DNA of 64,000 bases from Perkinsela sp. CCAP 1560/9 (lineage: Eukaryota; Protista; Euglenozoa: Kinetoplastea), in contig CBFFSA010000008.1 of assembly GCA_965644495.1 (NCBI GenBank), forward strand, positions 682,001 through 746,000, in the 5' to 3' direction. The notes under the pieces are model-generated. The model was not told the origin of the DNA. It saw only the letters and a program-made list of their open reading frames with translations, and searched no databases. The position numbers and the translations under genes were made by a program. This document shows positions 54,121-64,000 of this stretch, piece after piece (the stretch's first letter is position 1; every line of letters begins with the position of its first letter).

Positions 54121-57100
54121 ATGGATACCTCCGGCACGGTCAATGAGAGAAAGCGGTGTTCTGACCCGGTTGCTCTTATTGGTCGGTCCAGGTTAGGTCG
54201 GGGCGTCAATTTTTGGCCATCAAAGTCAAAGGTTGGCGTAGCAAAACTCCGTGATCGTGCGGTAACCAGTATGTCCAACACGATTCGTGCGGGGTCTCGT
54301 GTCGCTGTGGTCTGGCGCTGGTCGTTTGCTCAAAGGCTAAAGATGTGGCAAGGGACTGCGAAATTTCGGGCCAAAAATGGTCTATGGCGTATTCGCTATG
54401 ACTGTTGTCCTGGAGTATCGTTTCCTTTTCCCCCTATAGACCCACGAGTAGCGATCTGTGCGGGCCGCGTGGCACCCCCCCGTAAGAAGAAATGTAGGAA
54501 GCACCGTTCTGCGCGACTTCCCCGTCGGAATGGCTCCCCGGCGGTCGAGGAATCTAACCCCATTGCCACGAACAAGACGCTACATCTTGCAACTCTAAAC
54601 GTCACTACCCTGAAACTAAAGGGAACTGATTATTTCTCCCTTCGCAAATCGACACGACTACGGGAAATTATGTCGTACATGGTCGAGCGAGGCCTTGCCC
54701 TCTGTTGCCTTCAGGAAACTCGTGTACAAACCGATATCATTCAAAACATTGCACATCAGACAATTCGTCATGGAAAGTTCGTATTTCATGTTTATATTCA
54801 AGGCGCTATCAAAGGTTACGGTGGACTCATGATTCTAAGCCTATTTGAGCCTGCTCTTGTGTCGCGAATCAGTGATCGGATCCAACAGGTTACTCTAGAC
54901 TTACCAAAATTCCACGGTGTGCTATTCAATGTTTATGCCCCCACGGCGGTGGCAAAAGATGACGTAAAGGAGAAATTTTGCAATGATCTACGTGATGCAT
55001 GGAATCTTAGTAATGCGAAAATAAAACTTGTTCTGGGGGATCTTAATGCGCCACTGACAGATAAGTGTCAGCGAATAATGCGTAAAAATAAGGCACAACA
55101 TCGGCTTACCAATTTACTGTCTGAGCTTGGGGCTCGCGCGGCACATACATCCTGCCCAAGCAGAAAGAAGTGGACTTATACTTTTCAAAATGGAACTGTA
55201 AAACAACTAGACCATATTCTTGTCAACAAACGTTTCGTCACTACCTTACATGGCCACAGAGTTCTCCAACCCCCGGTGCCGACTCGACATCAAATAGTAA
55301 CAGTAAAAACTAAGTTTCGTTGGAAAGCTTCAGTAAATGACGGTAGCTTGCGATTACCGTGGTATCAGTTAAAGGATCCACAAATATGTATGGACTTCAT
55401 ACGCCGTGTGAAAGAGAACTACACCGAACATGCGGAGATAGTTGGGATGAAAAGAAGACGAAATGAGCCAAACCAGAAAATGTCAACCGAAATGCCTGTG
55501 ATATTTCCAAGTGATATTTTGTGGGATAAATTGGAAAAAGCAATTATCATGGCTGCTGAATCTATACCAACGAAGGAGGAAAACATAAACATGTTTGCTT
55601 CAAACGATGAAACTACTACACAGTTGCGAATCCGTGACATTTTCCGTACGTCTCAAAGTCCGCAGAGGTTCGATTCTCTAGTAAAAGAACATAGCATCAC
55701 CGTGAATGAAAATATCACTCAAGAATGCCTGTCTCTACAACAAAACTTTCAAAGATACAAACGTTCTTCTTGGAGACATGTTAAAATGATGACTGGGCAC
55801 ACTTCATCACGCCTCAGACCGCCAGGAAAAACAAAAAGCGAACAATTATGTAATGTGCGATTACACTTTCAGAATACTGTGCAACTAAAGGAGGTAGACA
55901 ACAAGATCAAATTTGCGGAAGCGCCAAAGTCGTTTATCCCTATATCTGATGGACCGTTTGATCTCAATGAATTGACGACTGCTCTTAAAGATATGGCAAC
56001 TGGTAAAGCACCAGGCATTGACTCGATTCCAATTGAAGCCTTACGAGTACTGAACAGCGATCCGTTCATACAATCTATTCTTCTACATTTAATTAATATG
56101 GTTCGTGAGAGCGGAAGAGCGCCACAGACATGGAAACGACTTATCCAAGTCCCAGTTCCGAAAAAAGGCGACTTAGGCAACATGAACAATTGGAGACCAA
56201 TATGTCTAATAGTGCACGCTGCAAAACTCATGAACCGTATGATACTAAATCGAATTCTTCCTACAGTGGATGCTCAATTAAGTGATTGTCAATACGGATT
56301 CCGACCCAATAGAGCAACAACGGGAGCACAAGCAACCCTCATTGAGTTGTGCCAGAAAGCGTCTCGTGAGAATCCTGGTGTTGCGCTAGGCTTCGTGGAT
56401 TTCCGTCAGGCATTTCCTTCAGTCAGCTTTTTCTCCATTCGTGCTGCACTGGAAGCCTTTCACATCCCGCAGCATCTCAGCAGCATGATAATGTCTATGT
56501 ATGAAAAAACAGAAGCAGTTGTACGATGCAAAAGCGGAGTTACTGATACGTTTCCGATCCAGTGTGGCACACTTCAAGGTGATGTTTTGGCCCCTGTCCT
56601 ATTCCTCATGGTTCTGGATCGAGTCATGGCTGAAGTGTATAAGGAAAATGAGTTCGGACTTATCTTGCGAAGGGCGGGCACAAAAAGACAAGGAAAGCCT
56701 GCGCAATGTCTAAATTATTTAGCATACGCGGATGATTTAGTGCTCATATGTCCCTCTCTTACTAATTTGAATCGCGTTATGGAAAGACTGGAACAAACAG
56801 CTGCGAAAGTCAACTTACGTCTCAACATTGGTGTAAATAAAACTGCGTGGATGACAGTAGGTCAAGTGAATGACGCACAAGGAGACTTGATTCTAACGAA
56901 TGGGGGGTTGGTGCCTCGAATCACCGAATATCGATACTTGGGGTTGAAAATTACTAATAAGGGTGTCATTGTAAACTTTGAAGACCGAATTAACTTAGCG
57001 TGGGCTGCAACACATCGCCTACAGTCATTATGGAAATCAGGCCTCACGCTTGTCACAAAATTTCACTTATTCGAATCTCTGGTTTCACCTTTATTGCTGT

Positions 57101-58326
57101 ATGGCTGTGGAAACTTTTCCCTAATAAAAAAAGACGCTGATTTAATTGACTGTGAAGTGAACCGAATGAGAAGACTAGCGCTCGGGGTTCGTACTTGGGA
57201 TGGTACAAGAGGTGCACCATGTGATGCACTATATGGGAACAGAATGCGACTTTCTAACGCATGTCGAGTCCTCCGAGTTCAAATGCTAGGACACCTGATC
57301 CGCGGCAATAATCCCTTCAAATCGGTAATGCTATGGCGCAAAGCAACAGGAAAGAAATATCGTCCCACTCTATCAGAGGCATGTGCTGAAGACATGGAAC
57401 TAGATGTCGAAGATCTCAATGTCCTAGCGGGAGATCGGGATTGGTGGGCGTCGAGAGTTAAATTTTTGCGTGAATATCTTGAATCTCACAAATCCTACAT
57501 GGTTTTCGGCTCTAGATCCTGGAAGAAGGTATGCCAGGACTTAGATACTACCACCTACAAAGTACTCGAAGGAATTGAAGAAGGCACGGACCATTCTCCT
57601 CTCTCAGCTGATTCCGAACACATATACGTAGATGGGGCTGTCAGTTCAGAAGCAGGAAAACCAGCCGCGGGTTCGGGGATAGTTATTGTTAATTCAAATG
57701 GTGTAAGAACCAGACAACACGTTTTACCACCGGAATGCACTTCACCGGATCGGGCTGAACTTCGCTCCTTTCTTTTAGGCATTCAGGCAGCTTCGTCTTC
57801 TACGAGGAACACAGTTATACATACTGATTCTCATTATGTATGGGACTGGTATCATAATGTTAGGGTTCGTTTTTCAATCATTGGATACGGTGGCATGCCA
57901 AATGCTGACCTACTCACGCAGATACAAGGAGCAATTAAAGAGCGTTGTACAGATAGTAGTCTCTACGTTATTAAAGTGCGGGCACACTGCGGGAATTCCT
58001 TCAATGAAAAAGCTGATGAAATAGCACGCAAAGCACAGAGAACAGCTGCACGTCGTTTTTCATGCGTCATTCACACGCAAAGGGAGGGAAACAAATCTAA
58101 TCACGGTCAAAAAAGGGAGCATGATCTCCAAGAAAAATCTCCACACAAAGTGAATATGAAAAAAGGGAAACTGAAAAATACAGAAGAAGGCAGCACAGTC
58201 AGGATTGCTCGTTCACTCAACCCAGAAGCTAATACCGGGGATCCAGTAACGTTTTCTCAGTACAAGACATCACGGGGTAGACTGACGAATGCCCCCATTT
58301 TTGTGAAGAAAAGCCGCTATATGTAA
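54121..58326 (+). CDS. Polyprotein: Tudor/SH3-like module, AP endonuclease, RT, RNase H
   Basis: APE: ATLNV, LQETR, VYAPT, GDLNA, LDHIL. RT: KAPGID, PKKGD..WRPI, QYGFR, GTLQGD, YADD. RH: YVDGA, RAEL, TDS, KVRAH..NEKADE. Confidence 0.95.
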   Translation: MDTSGTVNERKRCSDPVALIGRSRLGRGVNFWPSKSKVGVAKLRDRAVTSMSNTIRAGSRVAVVWRWSFAQRLKMWQGTAKFRAKNGLWRIRYDCCPGVSFPFPPIDPRVAICAGRVAPPRKKKCRKHRSARLPRRNGSPAVEESNPIATNKTLHLATLNVTTLKLKGTDYFSLRKSTRLREIMSYMVERGLALCCLQETRVQTDIIQNIAHQTIRHGKFVFHVYIQGAIKGYGGLMILSLFEPALVSRISDRIQQVTLDLPKFHGVLFNVYAPTAVAKDDVKEKFCNDLRDAWNLSNAKIKLVLGDLNAPLTDKCQRIMRKNKAQHRLTNLLSELGARAAHTSCPSRKKWTYTFQNGTVKQLDHILVNKRFVTTLHGHRVLQPPVPTRHQIVTVKTKFRWKASVNDGSLRLPWYQLKDPQICMDFIRRVKENYTEHAEIVGMKRRRNEPNQKMSTEMPVIFPSDILWDKLEKAIIMAAESIPTKEENINMFASNDETTTQLRIRDIFRTSQSPQRFDSLVKEHSITVNENITQECLSLQQNFQRYKRSSWRHVKMMTGHTSSRLRPPGKTKSEQLCNVRLHFQNTVQLKEVDNKIKFAEAPKSFIPISDGPFDLNELTTALKDMATGKAPGIDSIPIEALRVLNSDPFIQSILLHLINMVRESGRAPQTWKRLIQVPVPKKGDLGNMNNWRPICLIVHAAKLMNRMILNRILPTVDAQLSDCQYGFRPNRATTGAQATLIELCQKASRENPGVALGFVDFRQAFPSVSFFSIRAALEAFHIPQHLSSMIMSMYEKTEAVVRCKSGVTDTFPIQCGTLQGDVLAPVLFLMVLDRVMAEVYKENEFGLILRRAGTKRQGKPAQCLNYLAYADDLVLICPSLTNLNRVMERLEQTAAKVNLRLNIGVNKTAWMTVGQVNDAQGDLILTNGGLVPRITEYRYLGLKITNKGVIVNFEDRINLAWAATHRLQSLWKSGLTLVTKFHLFESLVSPLLLYGCGNFSLIKKDADLIDCEVNRMRRLALGVRTWDGTRGAPCDALYGNRMRLSNACRVLRVQMLGHLIRGNNPFKSVMLWRKATGKKYRPTLSEACAEDMELDVEDLNVLAGDRDWWASRVKFLREYLESHKSYMVFGSRSWKKVCQDLDTTTYKVLEGIEEGTDHSPLSADSEHIYVDGAVSSEAGKPAAGSGIVIVNSNGVRTRQHVLPPECTSPDRAELRSFLLGIQAASSSTRNTVIHTDSHYVWDWYHNVRVRFSIIGYGGMPNADLLTQIQGAIKERCTDSSLYVIKVRAHCGNSFNEKADEIARKAQRTAARRFSCVIHTQREGNKSNHGQKREHDLQEKSPHKVNMKKGKLKNTEEGSTVRIARSLNPEANTGDPVTFSQYKTSRGRLTNAPIFVKKSRYM

Positions 58327-59715
58327 TCGAAATTTGCTGTGTATAACTTTGCGCATTAATCTGGAACGCTTATTTTCAGGAGTGTTATGTCCTCTTGGTA
58401 CATTTATTTATCAACGCGTTAATAATATTCTGGAGCATTTATGTATATTTCATTGCTAAATATCCGTACTCATCGAAAACACTGAGTGGGGTACGTAATA
58501 TTGATAGTATACGGTGGTTTATTTGGCAAGCAGAGAACAAGTTGGCGCTGAGTTGCTCTTCGGGCATATGACGCGGCAATGAAGGCAAGAACTTGCGTAC
58601 TGCTTAACCCTTGGTACCGCGTTGAATATCGATGGTGAAATATTGAGCTGAAAATGGCTAATTGTAAGATTGTTCTGGTTTGCTTGTGCTCGTTTGTACA
58701 CGTTTTCTCCTAATTGCAAAAGAGGATAGGTCTCCTACCTCCATTCGCATAATCCGCGGTTTGGCCTATTCGTGATGTGGATAGATGTTTCAGTGCGCTA
58801 AGGAGAGTGTACGTTGAAAGTTGCATGTGTATAGTCTTTTGTTATTATTATTATTATTATTACTTTGCACATGACGAAGTTCGGGTTTTCCATATTGGAC
58901 GACATGGCCAGGCGACACATGTGAATGACTCTTTCGGCCCCGGCTGGCGCTGCCACTCCGTACTGTTTGCCTTCAAAGAGCTCGCTCGCTTTGGGTCGGA
59001 TTGCGTTGCATACGGCTTTGCTCGCTAATCGCCGAAGGGTTTCACCGGCAGCGATCGGACGAACATCATTTTCGCCCTTTGATAGGGCGCATAAGCGCGC
59101 CCCTGCGAAGTGCGCCTGTACTTCAGAGGGTGCCTTCCCAGCTAGGAGGTGATTTGTTAGCTTTGTGAGGGATCGGAGAAAGTCATTTCCGTGTACGAGC
59201 AGTGCTGCCTGTAGGTGCTCTGGGCGTAATCCCATAGTGCCGGCAGAGGAACCCCTGTTGAAGCTCTTCAGCGTCTTTGCAACTTCGCGTTCGTCAAGTT
59301 CCAGTGGAGCGCAGTTCGGGGGCGGGCAGTTTTCGCACGAGTCAATTTGAAGACGACGGGGGTGTTTTTCTAGCAATTTTTCAAATGTCTCGTCATCGTC
59401 AGGCGCCATTGGATCTGACGTTAGGGAGGCCAACCCTCTAGAGAGCTCGCCGTGGCGGACGAGGAGTTCTGCTCGAATCGCTGCCTTCTCGTCTTCGTCA
59501 GGGAATTCCGTTGGAGATTTTTTTTTTTTTTTTTTGTCTTTGTTTTTTTTGTCTTTGTTTTTTTTCTTTTTTTCTTGTCTTTTTTTTGCACCAATCACCA
59601 CTATACCTCTCGTATCTCCCACATGTCTGAGCAAGAAAGACGTATGCATCTTGATCGATGTTGATGTCGTACGTCCTTGCAAAAAGTCTGCTCGTCATTA
59701 CAATTCGTAGAAGAA

Positions 59716-62700
59716 TTTTTTTTTTTTTTTTTTTTTTTTTTAAAGGAAAACATGCAATGGCAGTACTTGAAACCAGTGCTATGATATTTATCGATCTAAT
59801 TATCTGCATTGTCAATTTCTGCATGTAAATTTCTTAGTTTTTCCTCCTTCCACAAGCAATCAGCCCACCCCAAACTAGCAAACAATTTCCCCCCACGAAG
59901 CCGCCTCCCTGAAGAGAAATGCAGTGAAAAAGTGACACCCGAAAGGTAAAAACACCCGGGGGTTTTTTCTATCCCCCCCACACTTTGCCCTACCCCCCAC
60001 AATTAAATCCCAGCTCGTACCGGTTGAGCTCGCGAGTAGAAAACCCCTTTCGCATGAACATTACTCTTCAATTCCGTATCCATTAATAATCGCGTCGGGG
60101 GATGATGTAGGCAGCCGCAATACGAGCATACGAGCTTGTGCCCTCATTAGGGCGACGTTTAGTGTCGTCACCAGTTGGTGTAGTGCTTCCCCCTTCGAGA
60201 GCGTGCCCCCGGAGTACGCTGCCCGGGAAGTGGAGACTTCCTTGAGTATCGCGAAGGCACTGGGGCACCATGCCCCGTATGATTCCACCACCATAGCGCC
60301 AAACTTGTGACGCGCTGCGTCTGCTTCCTCTCTTTGTTTCTTCTTGTTCTCCGTTGCGTAGCGCTCCGCAAAAGACCCCGCCGTCACCCAGTTAGCATCA
60401 CGGACTAAGTCCGTATACTTTGGCTGCTGAACATGAGTGACAGCGAAGTCTAATACAAGAGACTGGCCTACGTCGAAAGTAGAGAGGAAGACGTCCCCTG
60501 GCCTAGTGAGGGCGCCCCCAGGACCCGTGTTCCCCAGGCTCACTTCTCGCCGCGGGGTAAACCCAGCTTTCGCGCATTCTGAGGAGAACTGTCCCGCTAT
60601 AGCGTTGTGTCGTGCTATGATACCGTGCCCGCACTTGCATACCAGTGCGTGATCACCCTCGGGGTCAAGTGGCAGGGCGCATTTCTCCATAGGACATGGC
60701 CGGGAAGCCGGATAAATAGCGTCTCCGAGCCACCACCGCACAAGAGTACGAAATTCAGTTGGTGTGTAGGCCAAGCCGTTTTTCTTAGAGGGGATTACGA
60801 AAGCCCACTCCGAGGCCCCTTCTCCCGTTTCCGATATCCATCTGGCCCTCGTTCGGAGATCGGCACGAGAAAAGGCCTCCCGAAATTCGCGGGAGGCGAT
60901 GGCATGACTAAGATCACGCTGGCGAGGGATTACGAGCTCTTGGCTAGATTCCTGCTCGTTATTATTTGAGTAAGGAGAGTCCGTCGACAATGCGAGACTT
61001 TTCGGTATTAATCCACATTGTTGTACCACAGTTGTCCCGGCGCGTTTATTGACCTCCTGTACAGCTTGGGTGAACCCCTCGGCATCCGCCGGGTCCCATT
61101 GGTCCTTGTCTGAGGCGAAAGCGACGGAGGCCACGTATGCGGAACTCGAGTATTCCTCCGCTGACCGGAGCCCCAACCCCCCGTACCGCTTTTCGCGTTG
61201 TGCCTGGCGTCCGGCCCTATCGCTCAGAGGACGAAAGAAATGTTCAGTGGTATGTTGGACAGCATCATCTAAGCGTTTGCAGAGGTCCTGTAGTTCTGCT
61301 GTTGGGGTTGTTCTGAGCGAGTACACCATTTGACAAAAACCCGTACAGTGCCGGATCAGAGACAAGGCGATCTGGGGGTCTTCGAGCGCCGTTATAGCCT
61401 GCAACGATTCTTCGGCCAAGTCGATCGCATTGTTGAGGATGAACTCGCGGCAAAATTTGGTGGATCCAACTGGACTCCCCAAAATATGGAAATTGCCTTC
61501 TGTATTTTTATTCAAACCGGGGATATCAGGGAAAAGGGAGGAACGGTGGGAGGAAGCGGTGTGAGACGTAAGCTCGCACTTGGCGGCATTGAGATGTAAA
61601 CCCCATTTTGGTCCGGATAACGTAATCACATCCAGTGCGTGCCGTACGTCGCTAGATGGACCGGCGATTACCCCGTCATCTAAGTACCAGAGGTTTAGGG
61701 TGAGTTTCGGGGCGGCCGCACGGATTTCCATGGAAACTTCTTTCATGACCAGTGAGAAAAGAAGAGGGCCCAGTGGGTCACCTTGCTGTACTCCTTCAGA
61801 GGATGCGATGGTGCGGGAACCAAAGGTAAGAACGCTTCCAGTATTGTAACACCATTCCACATAGGAAGCCAGTTTAGGGAAGTGTTGGCGTGCTAGGGCC
61901 GTGAAAGAATCCCGTGAAACATTGTTAAATGCGTTTTTGAGATCAATCTTGCATAGTAAAAAATCGTCGTCATCAGTGTGTTCTTCCGGCAGAGATGTAT
62001 CACCCTTTCTGCACCCGCAGGTGTAGCTACACCGTACTGGTGCCCTTTGAAAAGTTTGCGGGCCTGCCCCCTAGCCGCGAAGCAGGCGACTTTGCTTGCC
62101 AAGCGACGAAGGGTTTCTCCAGCTGCAATCGGGCGTACGTCATGTTCCCCTTTTTTCAAGGCGCACAACCGACCCCCCGCGTAGTGGTCTTGGGCTTCTA
62201 AAGGTACTTTTCCTGCGAGCATGTGATTGATGAATTTGGTGATTGTGCCCAGAGGGTCGGTATACGCGTCATGATGATACTGCGTTGCTACCTGTAGATG
62301 CTCCGGTCGCAGACCAAAGGCCCCACCTGAGGACCCTCGGTGAAAAGTGGAGAGAGCTTCGGCCACTTCTTCTTGAGTCGCTTCAAGCGGTTCAGCATCC
62401 GGGGTCAGGAGGTTTTGCACGTTGGAGGTGGATAGCCTGGGTGGGTGCTTAGACTGGAGCTTCGCGTAGGTCGCTTCATCGTCGGGGGCAAGAGGTTCAG
62501 AAGTTAGGGCAGTCATGGCTCGGGAGAGCTCTCCGTCACGAACAAGCCGTTCAGCACGTAAGACCGCTTTCTTTTCCTCTTCCTCCATGTTCTGCGCTTG
62601 TGCCACGCTTTTCTTTTTCCGTGTGAGACTAGAAACCGCTTCGTTCCACAGCGCCAGGAATTCTCCCTTGGCCCATCTAGCTAGACACTTCCTTACATGG

Positions 62701-63590
62701 GAGGCGTATGACGCTTTTGCGCGGTTACCTCCACGGTGGGGGGCGGGTAAAATGCACTTAGGCAGCATGGCGAGAAGTGTCCAAGCTTCGAGTGTGTTTT
62801 CGCGGATCGCCGTGGATAAGCATCCGCTAAGCGTCTTGGCCCATTCTTGCCTGCAGCGGTCTGGGATGTTCTTACAGGTATTTATGGACAGAGCGCTGAT
62901 CGAAGATAAACTCGGAAGGGGTGGATCTATGGCCTGTACGCTCTCGCTTTCCGTGGTTTGATTAGCTGGAGAGGTGGCCGCTTTAGCGAGAGTTGTATTC
63001 GTATCAGGAGTGGCGTTGTTCGAGGGGGTTGTCGGTGGAATGTGGTGTGGTGAACGGCGGGACGTGCAGTTCTTGGCATGAGAATCTCGCTTTCCTAAGT
63101 CGTAGTGCTTGTTGCAGTCTTTACAAAGAAAGCGCCCCTCTTCCATCCACCAGGTATCCGAAACCTCGTCCCCATGTCTGTGGGCTACGTGGTTATAGAA
63201 TGCCTGCCAGTGTCCCCCGTGAGACACTGTTTTCCATGCGCATCCCTGGAAAGAACATTTCCGCACGTGTCCATTTTCGCTGGGCGTCTTTTCCCGTCTA
63301 GCGGAGGGCGTCTTGGGGATGTGCAGTTTCTCGGCGGTCATGGAATCGGAGTGCCCAGTTTTCGCCACCTGATGACGCTTGCGTTTCCCGACCGATGCGT
63401 TTGGGTTCCGTTCGTCGGGTGGCAATTCTCCTGACGAGCTGCCAGCGCTTTCTGCTATGGTTTCTCCTTCGTTTGCTGCAAGAGTGCATGGTCCGGGGGA
63501 GTTCAAACTGTAGTCTGTGTTGTCTGTTTTGTCTTCGCTGTCGGCTCCGGACTCATTACTCAGCTCAGTAGCAGTAAAAAAAAAATGCAT
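59716..63590 (-). mobile_element. Lineage B element (B4) with one frameshift near 61980; no SL or LsmAD visible at the 5' end
   Basis: ORF 61893..63590 (zinc fingers, RPIAAGE) and ORF 60061..61860 (GVQQGDPLGP, WYLDDG, RPGD, LDFAVTH); poly(A) at 59716-59741. Confidence 0.88.
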
Positions 63591-64000
63591 TTCGCTCGTT
63601 TTATGATGGTCCTAAAAAATTCAATTGATTGAGATTACGTAAATATAATTCTCAGAAATCAAATTTTCCACCAACTCCTCAATAATCTAACGTAAATTGA
63701 AGGTATTTTTTTTTTTTATTCTATTAGAATTTCCCTGAGTTGGTGATCTCAGGCTACTATTGAAAAGGGAATGTTATGGTCTTTCGGTTTTATATAACAA
63801 TATCTTCATATAGTCGAACGTGTACGAGCTGCCGTCATATGTTAAGAATTTGGGTTTTCTCAAATACCCGTAAATTTAGATTACAAATTTTACTTTAAAG
63901 AGACTTTAAATATATCTTATAGGCGCAATTCACTCATCCACTTCTCTGCTGGAATGTAGTCTCGGAGCTGCGACACTACCGTGTACGCTGACATTTTTTC

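Larger units (their letters stand above)
49620..58861 (+). mobile_element. APE-RT-RNase H non-LTR retrotransposon (ingi- or RTE-group-like, clade uncertain) including the 18-mer array
   Basis: 12-bp TSD ACTTTGCACATG at 49608-49619 and 58862-58873; (TAT)n tail at 58843-58861. Confidence 0.9.
47098..59517 (-). mobile_element. 5'-truncated lineage B element (B3), split by the APE-RT-RH element; coding pieces 47579-49619 and 58862-59517
   Basis: Rejoins as NPNFVMCKV-DLRNAFN; GVQQGDPLGP, WYLDDG, RPGD..LDFAVTH; poly(T) at both ends. Confidence 0.9.

Noticed and set aside
54100-54220. HDV-like ribozyme as in the ingi/L1Tc 5' signature
   Set aside because: A P3/L3-like ACC-TCC..GGT is present, but P1.1 and the J4/2 catalytic C context could not be built.
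63591-64000. Possible host gene or element 5' end
   Set aside because: The region is AT-rich with no ORF, SL or recognisable motif.

Overview
A eukaryotic window made almost entirely of nested retrotransposons, with no recognisable host gene, tRNA or rRNA. A kinetoplastid/diplonemid-type spliced-leader (SL) exon suggests a euglenozoan host (inference). Contents: (i) many CRE/SLACS-clade non-LTR elements (RT plus restriction-like endonuclease, RLE) in two lineages, 'A' and 'B', mostly on the minus strand and stacked head-to-tail at poly(A) tracts. Their 5' ends begin with all or part of the SL exon (AACTTTAACGATAAAGATACAGTTTCTGTACCTTGTTG), and two lineage B subfamilies carry an Ataxin-2/Pbp1 LsmAD-like domain. 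(ii) Two apparently intact VIPER/TATE/Ngaro-like tyrosine-recombinase retrotransposons (gag-YR-RT/RH, split direct repeats), plus a solo and a terminal fragment. (iii) An intact APE-RT-RNase H non-LTR element whose 12-bp TSDs enclose 249 near-perfect copies of an 18-mer. (iv) A TA-flanked TIR element. (v) A ~9.7-kb tandem duplication that supplies empty-site alleles for later insertions. A covarying, pseudoknotted ~200-nt RNA-like structure occurs three times, and a Tudor/SH3-like module appears to be shared by three unrelated retroelement classes. All family and domain calls come from motif recognition by eye, not from database searches.
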